Made by a program: the position numbers and the translations under genes
In this document: piece after piece, positions 51,893 through 63,110 of the stretch
How the letters are laid out: each line of letters opens with the position of its first letter
Numbering within the stretch: position 1 is the stretch's first letter
Notes under the pieces: generated by a model
Told to the model about the DNA's origin: nothing
What the model saw: only the letters and a program-made list of their open reading frames with translations
Database searches by the model: none
Assembly: GCF_001194135.2 (NCBI RefSeq)
Contig: NC_068984.1
Coordinates: 25,110,142 to 25,174,141, forward strand
Length of the DNA stretch: 64,000 bases
Origin: Octopus bimaculoides
Lineage: Eukaryota
Direction: 5' to 3'

Positions 51893-52283
51893 TTTCTTTT
51901 ATTTGTTTCAGTCATTTGACTGCGGCCATGCTGGAGCACCGCCTTTAGTCAAGCAAATCGACCCCGGGACTTATTCTTTGTAAGCCTAGTACTTATTCTA
52001 TCGGTCTCTTTTGCCGAACTGCTAAGTGACGGGGGCATAAACACACCAGCATCGGTTGTCAAGCAATGCTAGGGGGACAAACACAGGCACACAAACACAC
52101 ATATATATAGATATATATACGACGGGCTTCTTTCAGTTTCCGTCTACCAAATCCACTCACAAGGCTTTGGTCGGCCCGAGGCTATAGTAGAAGACACTTG
52201 CCCAAGGTGCCACGCAGTGGGACTGAACCCGGAACCATGTGGTTGGTAAGCAAGCTACTTACCACACAGCCACTCCTGCACCT
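51893..52283 (-). mobile_element. Best-preserved SINE family B copy (CpG-intact)
   Basis: tRNA-like head GCAGGAGTGGCTGTGTGGTAAG...GGTTCAGTCCC, CORE-like CACCTTGGGCAAGTGTCTTC, short internal repeat, tail; CpGs retained. Confidence 0.92.
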
Positions 52284-53117
52284 GTAAAAATAGGTTGCTC
52301 TAAAGTAGAGAGCAATGCCCATATGTGTTAGAAAGATCGATTGATCTCTTCCGTCCTTGTCAAGGGGAGTGCTAACCGTCTCTCCTTTTTTGCAACACAG
52401 TGCAAAAAAGTCAAAGAAGATTGAACAAAGTCAAGAGGATTGTCAGAACATTGCATCCTTTAAAAGGTTTATGCTTCTCAAAATTGGCCAACATTACTCC
52501 TGATGTGCCTATGCACTCTTTCGTCTTGTTCAATTTGTAAGGCCATTCTTAATATCAAATTAGCATGGAAGGATGTATCAGAAACATGTATGAATACTTG
52601 ACGTGAATAATTGTAGATACCATTGTTCAACTTAAACTTGTTCCACCCACATGTAACAAGAAAACGTTTCACACACCCTACCCCAACAACCCAATCTACA
52701 TCTCTACATCTCTTTTCTTCCTCACATTCCCTTCATACACTATGCTTACCTCTCACTTCCCAATCCTGTCCTCACAACCCTGTTTCTCTCTATCATTGCT
52801 ATCTGGTAACCACTCTACCATATATGCCCAGGTTTTCACCACTCACTTCCCTACTCCATACACTCTAATTGTGCTTCTTTCACAATATCCTGCCACTTAT
52901 ATTATGACCTTCGAACCTCAAGGATATGCTCTGGCGCTTGCCACCATCAATACCTCTCTCTTCCTTTACTCAACCATCCCATTTATATTCTGATCCCCAT
53001 CTCTTGTGAGTATGCCCGTCACTTTACAAACATCTTTATCCTGCTGTCTCCCACTCACTCCCTTTCTCCTGCACTTCCCTCAGGTTGGGCAGCATATGTT
53101 TCTGTCTTCATTTTCTC

Positions 53118-53151
<34 letters not shown>

Positions 53152-53349
53152 CTTCTCCTACACTTCCCTCAGGTTAGGTAACCGTGTATCTCCTTTGCAG
53201 CAGCACACCTCTCTCTCTCCGGCTAGATAACCTTATACCTCCTCTACAGCAAGACACCTGTCTCTGTCTCTCTGCCTCACTATAATCTTTCATCATCAGA
53301 CACAAGATCACCTCCTCCAATGCCCTTTCCACTTGCAAAAGATTCTTCT

Positions 53350-53642
53350 CTTGCAAGTTACTTGGTGATCCTGTCAGTGAAGGTGCCACTTAAAAAGCAT
53401 CCAGTCTACGTTGTAAAGTGGTTGGCATTTGGAAGGGAATCCAGCTGTAAAAATTTTGCCAAAAATTGACCTCGCCTGTGCTTGTGCAACGTAAAGAGCA
53501 CTAAGTCCACTCTGCTGAGTGGTTAGTATTAGGAAGGGCATCCAGCTGTAAAAATCCTGCCAAAACAGTCACAGAAGTCTGGTGCAGGCTTCTGCCTGGC
53601 CAGCTCCTGCCAAAGGTGGACGTTAAATGATGATGATGATGA

Positions 53643-53682
<40 letters not shown>

Positions 53683-53890
53683 TCATCATTTAACATCCGT
53701 TTTCCATGCTGGTATGAGTTGGACGGTTTCACTGAGGCCTGGAAAGTCAGTGGTTGCACCAGGCTCCAATCTAATCTGGCAATGTTTCTACAGCTGGATG
53801 CCCCTCCTAACACCAACGACTCCAAGAGTGTAGTGGCTGCTTTTTACGTGCCACCAGCATGGGAGCCAGTCAGGGGAATTGGCATCAGTC
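53350..53890. mobile_element. Two RTE 3' UTRs tail-to-tail around (AT)n
   Basis: Plus copy ends (GAT)n at ~53645; (AT)n; minus copy begins (CAT)n at ~53680. Confidence 0.85.
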
Positions 53891-54783
53891 ATGTGACATT
53901 GCTATTCAGACTCACTTGAATAAATATCTGTCCTGTATACATTTCAATTATGCCCTCTCCTGACAGGCAAGATTTTCCCTCAGTCATGCATTTCTTTCTT
54001 TTCCTCAATCATCCATTTCCTTTTCTCAGAACCTCTCTGGAGGGGGAGTGGTGTAGTGGTTCTTGCAAGCATAGCGTGGATTCGATCCTCCATAGCCAAA
54101 TTTCACTCAACATTTCAACAGCACTTTTCTCACAGTAAAACAATCGTTTTTCTGTGAGTGACAGCAGTTACATTTGCCAGATACCTTCGCTAAGCAGAAT
54201 AATGTCTTGCCACTTGACCCTTCTAACCTCCTCTAGGCCACCAAAAGCTAGAAGAGAGATAACAGACCTCCAACAAAATCTATTGTTTTCAATAATATGT
54301 CTATCCTTCTAGTTGGTTTTGGATAGTCAAAAAAACAAGAACTCCATAGGCCAAAGTTAGTTCGTGAGAATCAAGTTTGGCTGACAAGGCTCTGAAGGAA
54401 AAGGCACAAAGGGACAACTATAGTAACTGACCAACGAAGCAGTAATTTTGTCCCACCACTCTCGCTAACTCACTTTTTTTTCTCTGTAACATTACCACAT
54501 CTCTCTATATATATTACTATGAGAACATGTACACACATACCGGCCGAAATTAACTCTTTTTACCTCGCATACTTTTCCATTTACTAATTATACATACCAA
54601 CCCATCGTGGTTTTGGATATATACAAAGTAACGGTAAATAAATATTTCTTTACAACTTCAATCACTGTTCTTCTTCCATCTTGCATATTGACAACCAACA
54701 CCTTAACAACAACCATTACAATTGGTGACCCTCGACTGCAACGAAGAATCAACAGTTACATATATATATACAAATATATATAA

Positions 54784-54830
<47 letters not shown>

Positions 54831-54863
54831 TGTGTGTGTGAATGTGTCTATTTGTCTGTCTAT

Positions 54864-54879
<16 letters not shown>

Positions 54880-54902
<23 letters not shown>

Positions 54903-55132
54903 CTGGCACTCCTTCAGTTATGACAACAAATGTCACAGTTGATATCTGATCAACAAAACGGCTTGCTGGTGAAACTAATACACAAGTGGCAGCACGCATA
55001 TCCTTAACATAGTTCTCAAGGACATTCAGCATGACACAAGGTGTGTCATGGCTGGCTCTTTGAAATTCAGCTAAGAGGACTGGAGCAACGTGAAATAAAG
55101 TGTCATGCTCAAGGACACAATGCGCTGCTGGC
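54880..55132 (-). mobile_element. SINE family D 3' part with (TA)n tail
   Basis: TATAACTGGCACTCC...GGACTGGAGCAACGTGAAATAAAGTGTC; a similar piece lies at 44088-44222. Confidence 0.7.
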
Positions 55133-55149
55133 TATAGGGTCTTTAGGGT

Positions 55150-55376
55150 TAAGTAAGTAAGTAAAAAAACAGGAAAAATAATCCAAAATCCTTGTCCGGT
55201 ACTGGATTGATCCTAAAATTTAATCAGTTTGTTCCAGTCACGAGGCCAAACATCCCTAAAAGTTTCATCCAAATCCAACAAGGGGTTCTTGAGATATCTT
55301 GTCCACAGACAAACAAACAAACAAACAGACATGACTGACAGCAATACCTCTGCTTTCACTAAGGCAGAGGTAATAA
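55150..55376 (+). mobile_element. Possible Helitron/Helentron-type non-autonomous element
   Basis: (GTAA)n near the start, (ACAA)n, and a 3' hairpin TACCTCTGC/GCAGAGGTA (55345-55372) before AATAA. Confidence 0.45.
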
Positions 55377-55959
55377 AGCTAAAGTGAAGATCAACTATGC
55401 ATATGTTTATTGGAAAAAGTTGATCATCCCTAACTATAACAAATTCATTTTTGCTTCTCTTTTTTCTGTTACGTCTCCAAGATTATTAATATGCTGACTG
55501 ACATGAATTTTATCTTTGAGTATGCTTAAAAATTTATGTGGACATGTGTCAGTCTCAGAATATTTTTTATGCATGTAAGTTAACTGGTATTTAGACATCT
55601 AATATATTAACTGCTTTTCACTGATATTCTCTACAACCATCATTATTTTTATCAATGATTAATATCCACATTTACATGCATGCCTAAATTATATGAAATT
55701 GATTGAAGCAGATATTCCATGACCAGATGCTGCTCCTATCACCACCTTTCAGCTGTTTTCATGCAAGATAATATTTCCTCAGGGTTTCATGTGTCTTTAT
55801 GGAAGATTAAAAATTAATAACACTGCATGTAAGGTTGTGATCCTCATTTGCAACCATTGTGTGATGTTAAGACAAGAAAAAACAAACAACATGCACAAAC
55901 ACAAATACACATGAATGCATGCAAACAGACATATATACATATGCATGTCCTGCATTCCC

Positions 55960-56440
55960 TATAGAAGTCCCTTTGGTGCCACAGCTCTGTCTCCCTAAAT
56001 ATGAAACTTTGCATCTACAATGTATCAGTCCTCGCTATACTATTCTCCTCTATGGAGCAGAAACAAGGCCTTAAAGCTCTTGGCAAAGGGGATCAACAGC
56101 CCTAGCAGAGCCCTGGGGACCATTGAAGGGCTTTATGCATGCACATATCAGTCATCAGCCTCTTACCTTATAGCCATCCACCACACATGCTGGTATGGAC
56201 ATTTACTCTACCTCTCATCAGATCATCCTACCAGGGCCTTACTCTCATTTGATGCAGGAGCTGCAGGCTAGAAGAGGCCCCTTAGAAAGCCCTGCACTAG
56301 ATGGCTGGAGAGGATTAAGGAAGATTTCCAGAGGTTTGACATCACCTTGCAGGATGCAGAGGGGCTGGCACAGGATTGCCAGTGATGGGGAGCACTAGTG
56401 GACCTGGTCAGCTTTACACATGATGATTGCTCTAAAACCA
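55960..56440 (+). pseudogene. RT C-terminal fragment of a third LINE family
   Basis: LYGAET...CWYGHLLYLSSDHPTRALLSFD...RKPCTRWLERIKEDF. Confidence 0.7.
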
Positions 56441-57107
56441 CTAATCTGAGATGATCCCAGCCCCATTCTGCAAGAACATAGAGCGAGACACAGAAAGAGA
56501 TGCAATGAGCTTTTTTCAGTTTCCATTTACCAGATCCATTAACAAGGCTTTCTTCAGCCTGGGGATATAGTAAAAGCGATACTTGTCCAAAGTGCTGCAC
56601 AGTGCTACTGAACTCAGGAAGTGAACTTCTTTAACCACTCAATCATGCCTGCATCAAACCACACTTGTGCCTAGCCATACTTGTGCCATTGTTCTTTGTA
56701 TATATTTTATTTCATTTTCTAATATACATTAGCTTTAGATTGTTAATTACTTAGAAATTGATCCAATGTATTATATTTATGTTCTGTTATAATAGTAACA
56801 CCCTGTATTTGATGTCTATATTAAATAACTGTCAATCATCCCAGTTTTGGTAGTTATATTTTAAATGCTTAAGTCTAGAGCAATTGATTTCCACTCTCCA
56901 CTTAACGTTTTATAAAGCGGGATGCTTATGTGTTTGTATTTGTTATGTTTGTATTTATTATTATATTATCATTTATGAATTTATATATCTTTTCAGATAT
57001 ACCAATAATTAATAAATATCAGGGTAAGAAAAACGTTTAGAAATTTTTTACTACCAGTGGCCTAGCATGCAGAAAACGAGTCAATAGACTATGTATTATT
57101 CATATAA

Positions 57108-57386
57108 ATACAGTGTACATTTAAACACATAAGAGGTGACCTTCATAGGACACCTAGCATGCTAGAAGGAATAGCCAAAATCCAAACCACTATTTGGGAC
57201 AAATCTTGAAAGGAATGAAAAATAAAAACATTTACTATCTATCTCCTGGACTGTGGTTTCGAGCTCTATATTAGCAAATAAAATAATTTGCTAGGCAGAG
57301 CCTTCATCAACAGGTACAGCTATTCCTTCTAGCATGCTAGGTGTCCAATGATGGTCACCTCTTATGTGTTTTAATGTACACTGTAT
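57108..57386. repeat. 68-bp inverted repeat (3 mismatches) enclosing a hammerhead
   Basis: 57108-57175 is the reverse complement of 57319-57386. Confidence 0.93.
57245..57314 (-). ncRNA. Type-I hammerhead ribozyme-like motif, core variant UUGAUGA, GUC site
   Basis: CCTG-TTGATGA-AGGCTCT..TAGCAAAT(TATTTT)ATTTGCTA..AGAGCTC-GAAA-C(CACA)G-T-C-CAGG. Confidence 0.75.
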
Positions 57387-57607
57387 CTATATTTTTCAGA
57401 TATACCTTGATATGTTGTCATACACACTCACTTTGTTTCATACTTGTGAAAAAATACTGACATACTGAAAAACCTTTTTGACTGTAATGCATTTAACCAT
57501 TACAAAAAAATATATTCACTATATTATTATGTACAGAGGCATGTTCTTTTTATCGTAATCTGTTCAAAACCCTTTTATGAACTTTAAATATATTATTATA
57601 TACACAT

Positions 57608-57652
<45 letters not shown>

Positions 57653-58479
57653 NNNNNNNNNNNNNNNNNNNNNNNNNNNNNNNNNNNNNNNNNNNNNNNN
57701 NNNNNNNNNNNNNNNNNNNNNNNNNNNNNNNNNNNNNNNNNNNNNNNNNNNNNNNNNNNNNNNNNNNNNNNNNNNNNNNNNNNNNNNNNNNNNNNNNNNN
57801 NNNNNNNNNNNNNNNNNNNNNNNNNNNNNNNNNNNNNNNNNNNNNNNNNNNNNNNNNNNNNNNNNNNNNNNNNNNNNNNNNNNNNNNNNNNNNNNNNNNN
57901 NNNNNNNNNNNNNNNNNNNNNNNNNNNNNNNNNNNNNNNNNNNNNNNNNNNNNNNNNNNNNNNNNNNNNNNNNNNNNNNNNNNNNNNNNNNNNNNNNNNN
58001 NNNNNNNNNNNNNNNNNNNNNNNNNNNNNNNNNNNNNNNNNNNNNNNNNNNNNNNNNNNNNNNNNNNNNNNNNNNNNNNNNNNNNNNNNNNNNNNNNNNN
58101 NNNNNNNNNNNNNNNNNNNNNNNNNNNNNNNNNNNNNNNNNNNNNNNNNNNNNNNNNNNNNNNNNNNNNNNNNNNNNNNNNNNNNNNNNNNNNNNNNNNN
58201 NNNNNNNNNNNNNNNNNNNNNNNNNNNNNNNNNNNNNNNNNNNNNNNNNNNNNNNNNNNNNNNNNNNNNNNNNNNNNNNNNNNNNNNNNNNNNNNNNNNN
58301 NNNNNNNNNNNNNNNNNNNNNNNNNNNNNNNNNNNNNNNNNNNNNNNNNNNNNNNNNNNNNNNNNNNNNNNNNNNNNNNNNNNNNNNNNATATACATATA
58401 TATATATATATATATATACATGTGGAGAGATAGATACATACATATTTGTATACATGTGTGTTTGTGTGTGTTGTGCATG

Positions 58480-58524
<45 letters not shown>

Positions 58525-58747
58525 ACGCATTTATTTAAGAGTGTAAGATACTAAATACTAACCAACTAAGTGTTCCTAATGAAGGCACATTAATCTACTG
58601 ACTCCATTTTCTCCTGACTAGTAAAATCAGGTTTTATTTCTTTGTATTTCTTTTCAGCTGGGTGGTTAGTGATAGGGAGGCATTCAAGCATAACAACAAT
58701 TACTTCAACAAAAACCATTCCACCCACTTTAATACAGAAAAATCATC

Positions 58748-58779
<32 letters not shown>

Positions 58780-59199
58780 CATCATAGCTAGAGGCATGGC
58801 TGCACGTAGATGCAAGCATAGCTGTTCATAGGTTCAAACTTTGCAACCACATGGTGTCGGGTTCAGTCCCACTGCTTTGCAGGTTCAATTCCACTGAGCT
58901 ACAAGTTTAGTCCCACCTTGGCCAAGTGTCTTCTACTATAGCACCAGGCTCACCAACACCTTGTGAGTGAATTTGGTGGAGAAAAACTGTGCGAAAGTTT
59001 GTTTTGTATCAGCTTTACAGTAGTGCTTATAGGTATCCATTACTGGTTGCATATCTTTGAATTTTTGCACATTCTATCTGTCAACAATACAACTATCATG
59101 TAATTCCAAACCCCAAGAAGCACCACTGAACCCAAAATATCATTCCCTCTACCCTTAAGTTTCTGTATTCTTTTGTATTCCATGTAAATTTTTTCTGTA

Positions 59200-59805
59200 A
59201 ATACAAAGTGGTATCAAAAGGTATCGAGACTAGTTATGCTTAATAAGAATAACTTATTTACCTAAGTTTAAACATCATCTCCTTCAAAATAATCCCCTTG
59301 CACAGCAATACACTATTCCCAGCATTCCTACCACTTTTGGAATCCAGCCTGGAAGTCATTTTCCATAAGCAAGTCGAGGACCTTCAGCAATTCACTCTGG
59401 ATCTTGCCAATGGTGTTAAAACAGCAACCTTTGAGCTGTAGTTTCATCTTGGGGAACAGATGGCAGTCCACAGGGGCTAAATCTGATGAATAGGGCAGGT
59501 GTGGAAGCAATATCATGTTTTTGGCGAGAAACTCACAAGTGAGGAGAGCTTGGTGACGAATCCAATTCTTCGTGATCCACAGATCTGGGTGCTTTCACTA
59601 AATGTCCTTCCTTAAATGCTTCAAAATGTTGCAGTAGAACTTTCAATTGATATTCTGGCCCTGGGGGATGAATTCTCGATGCACAATACCACATTTCTGG
59701 GGGTGACACATATGGCAGGTCTTTCAAATCGCTCATCATTTTACAGGAACATTCTTTCACTTTTGAAGCATCCTTGCCATTCAAAACATTGTATATGACC
59801 CATTG
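59200..59805 (-). mobile_element. Internally deleted, truncated mariner
   Basis: HTH remnant (FEWQGCFKSER...DERFERP) and LLPHLPYSSDLAPVDCHLFPKMKLQLKG; TIR-like end near 59200. Confidence 0.75.
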
Positions 59806-60760
59806 TGTTTTACATGCCACCGGTACGGAAGCCAATCAAGGCAGCTCTGGCATTGGCCACGTTCGGATGGTGCTTTTTACGTGCCACCGGCACGGGTATC
59901 ACAACTACAATTTCCATTTGATTTTCATTTTGATGTTGATGTACTTGACTCAATAGGTCTCCTCAAATCCAGCATGTCACCCTACAATCCAAGGTACTTT
60001 TGAATGGGCTGGAGCTGTTTATGCGAAACAGGTGTAGGATACAGCTGTGAACTCACTTTATTTGCTGGGTCTTCGCAGTCACAGCATTTCTCCAAAAGTC
60101 TCAGTCTTTCATCATTGCCTTTGTGAGGCCCAACGTTCGAAGGTCATGCTTCACTACCTCATCCCATGTCTTCCTGGGTCTACCTCTACCCTGGATTCCT
60201 TCAACTGTTTGGGAGTGGCACTTCTTCATACAGCTCTCCTCATCCATCCATAGTACATGACCATACCAGCACAAATGTCTCTCTTGCACGCCACATCCGA
60301 TGCTTCTTATGTCCAACATTTCTCTCAGGGCGCTTACACTCTGTCATGTGTGCACACTGACATTACACATCCATCGGATCATGCTAGCTTCATCTCTTTC
60401 GAGCCTACGCATGTCCTCCACAGTCACAGCCCATGTTTCACTGCTGTGAAGCATGGCAGTTCGCACACATGCATAGTACAATATACCTTTCACTCTGAGC
60501 AAGAGGCCCTTTGTCACCAGTAGGGGTAGAAGCTTTCTAAACTTTGTCCAGGCTATTCTTATTCTAGTGGTAACACTCTCTGAGCATCCCCCCCCCCACT
60601 ACTAACTTGGTCACCTAGGTAACGGAAGCTATCAACTACTTCTAGTTTCTTCCCCTGGAGGGTGATGGAATCTGTTTTCTGAGCATCTGCAGTGTTTATT
60701 GCCCCTGTGCATCAAGCCCAAGCGTGTTTAATTACATCACTCTCCATATCAGCTCACTTG
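59806..60760 (-). mobile_element. RTE LINE fragment (RT C-terminal half plus partial UTR)
   Basis: LEVVDSFRYLGDQVS...RIRIAWTKFRKLLPLL...ETWAVT...MIRWMC...WYGHVLWM...GRPRKTWDEVV. Confidence 0.88.
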
Positions 60761-62700
60761 GTTTCCTCTTACGCAGTAGACTTAGTTCTCAATAAAGATC
60801 TTAGAGTGTAAGTTCAAATCATTTGACCACTACTACATGTTTTCTATATTCTTTTCTACTCTAGGCACAAGGCTTAAAAACTAGATGTTTTCTATACTGA
60901 ACAGCTGTGGATCTCACCTGTTGATATATATATATATATATTTCAGGGATGTGCCGCCTAGGTAGGTAAGGTAGTAGACAGTGCCTACCTTGAATAAAAT
61001 AGATCGATAGCAACATTTTCCTCTCATGGCAAAATATGCACCTAATTCAATAAAATTATGATGTTTAGTCTGATTACTATGCATAAAATGCAATTTTTTT
61101 TTTTTTTTTTTTTGTAGATTAGGTAGGCATAATTCACCCCTACTTTTCAATCTCAGTATTTAAGCTAAGCATAGTATTGCTGTAGTACACGTGCTGCGTA
61201 CATTCCTACAACAACGTTTTCTTTACATGCTATAAAGGCAGAAGTAAATCTGCCTTCAACTCAGTTGGCGCTTGTGTTTCGTTTATTTTTTGTTTTACTA
61301 CATAAAGGTCGCCAACTGCCTACCCTGAGTAATTACTGACGGCACGTGCCTGATATATATATAATTGAAAAATTTGGAGTCAACAAGGAGTACAATTGGA
61401 TATTTATTTTTCAATCACTACAATTGTTTCTACGCCATGTAGTTCACCAGGCGTGCAGGTTCTTGATTATGCAACCGTTTCCCTGCACAAAACAGATGCC
61501 CATCTATTCACACACGAGAGATGCCCAAAAGCAAGCATAGAAGTATGTATAATACTACAACTGGATAGCACAGGGTGAAAACTGAAGGTGGACGAGCTTT
61601 ATACTGTACTCTACTACGCTCTTAATAAAATATACCATAATTATATACATCAGGCTTTATTTGAGCATTCATTTATGTGGCTAATCGTCCATGTTTAGCT
61701 CAAATGATTCATGAACATAGAATATTAGTCTCCATTTCTCAAGCAGGCTGCAACAAGCAACTATGCTAAGTTTAAACTATGCAAAATTTAAACTATGCAA
61801 ACAATCGTTAATTCTGCTACTTAATTATAATAAGTAGTTTCCTTTAACTGCTAAAATTGTATGTATACATATAACTGTTCTCCACTGGACTTTTGTGCAA
61901 ACACTGACTTCTAACATGAATAATCTCTCTGTCTCTCTCTGTCTCTCTCTCTCTCTGTCTCTCTCTCTCTCTCTGTCTCTCTCTGTCTCTCTCTCTCTCT
62001 GTCTTTTTTTCTCTCTCTCTCCCTCCTCCCTCTCTCACACCAACTTTATTTGAAAATTCATTTAGGTAAATCATTAGTGATCTTCATCTCAGGTAACTTA
62101 AGTACGTGATATATTATGCCCCGGTTTCTTCAAAAAATGTCACGACATACAACTCTGTTAGGTTTAAACTATTTCTATTATTTGTATTCTGCACAGAGGA
62201 GACGTGATGTATGCATGCTGCAGTGAAGACAGCCCACCTAGGAAAGTAGTAACTCTAGTACTGCGAACAAATTTCAGTCCTGTCAGACAGCTTTTTGTAG
62301 TGTGGAGGACATGAAAAAATGCATTCAGTCTGTGGTGTAAAATGGTTTGTGATAAGAAAGGCTTCTTTTAAAAAAAGGCATCAAAAACATGCTAGTCAGA
62401 TCAAGAAAAAACCTTATTTACGTATATCAAGTTAATGTTGCACACTGTAATGGAGTGAGCAAGTGAGAAGAACTGTTTATATGTGAGCTAGCCACCTACA
62501 CTTTTCTCTGCAAAATAGGGATAGTTTATCCTGTTCAGGCTATATTATTAGCATTATTCTGCGATTGAGAATTTAAAATCACTTCTTTAACTTTCTAAAA
62601 GACATCTCAACGCTTCTAAAAGCTTCGTTTGTTTATTTACGTTTGTCGTAATTTAAATTTAAACTCTCTTGCTTTTAGATGCAGAAAATAGACATCAAAT

Positions 62701-63110
62701 GGATCTTTTTTAAAACGGGGGCCACATTTTTCATTAACGAAACACTTTGAAACTTGGACATTAAGTGCCGACTACATAAACAAACGATTCTGAAANNNNN
62801 NNNNNGCAAATAAAACGAAGAAGAAAAAAAGAAAATGAAAAAAGCAAATTTAAAATGAAAAAAGCAAATAAAACGAAGCTATGGCTTAATCAGCCAAAGG
62901 AGCAAATATAAACAACTGAATACTTGTCAGTGATTGGTTGAAATTATCGAAATAAGACAATTTTTTACATGAAATAAGTTCGAATACAAAAATATTTTTC
63001 TGTTCTATAACACAAAATAGATAAGTATACGAAGTTTGAAAGTCTTTCGGTACCAAAAACACTACGTAAAACATTAATGAAAAATGTGGCCCCCGTTTTA
63101 AAAAAGATCC
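62701..63110. mobile_element. ~410-bp MITE with GG ends, 37-bp perfect TIR and 8-bp TSD
   Basis: CATCAAAT|GGATCTTTTTTAAAACGGGGGCCACATTTTTCATTAA ... TTAATGAAAAATGTGGCCCCCGTTTTAAAAAAGATCC|CATCAAAT. Confidence 0.92.

Noticed and set aside
54039-54097. tRNA-like A and B boxes (and other SINE heads)
   Set aside because: No complete cloverleaf or anticodon arm; interpreted as SINE heads, not tRNA genes.
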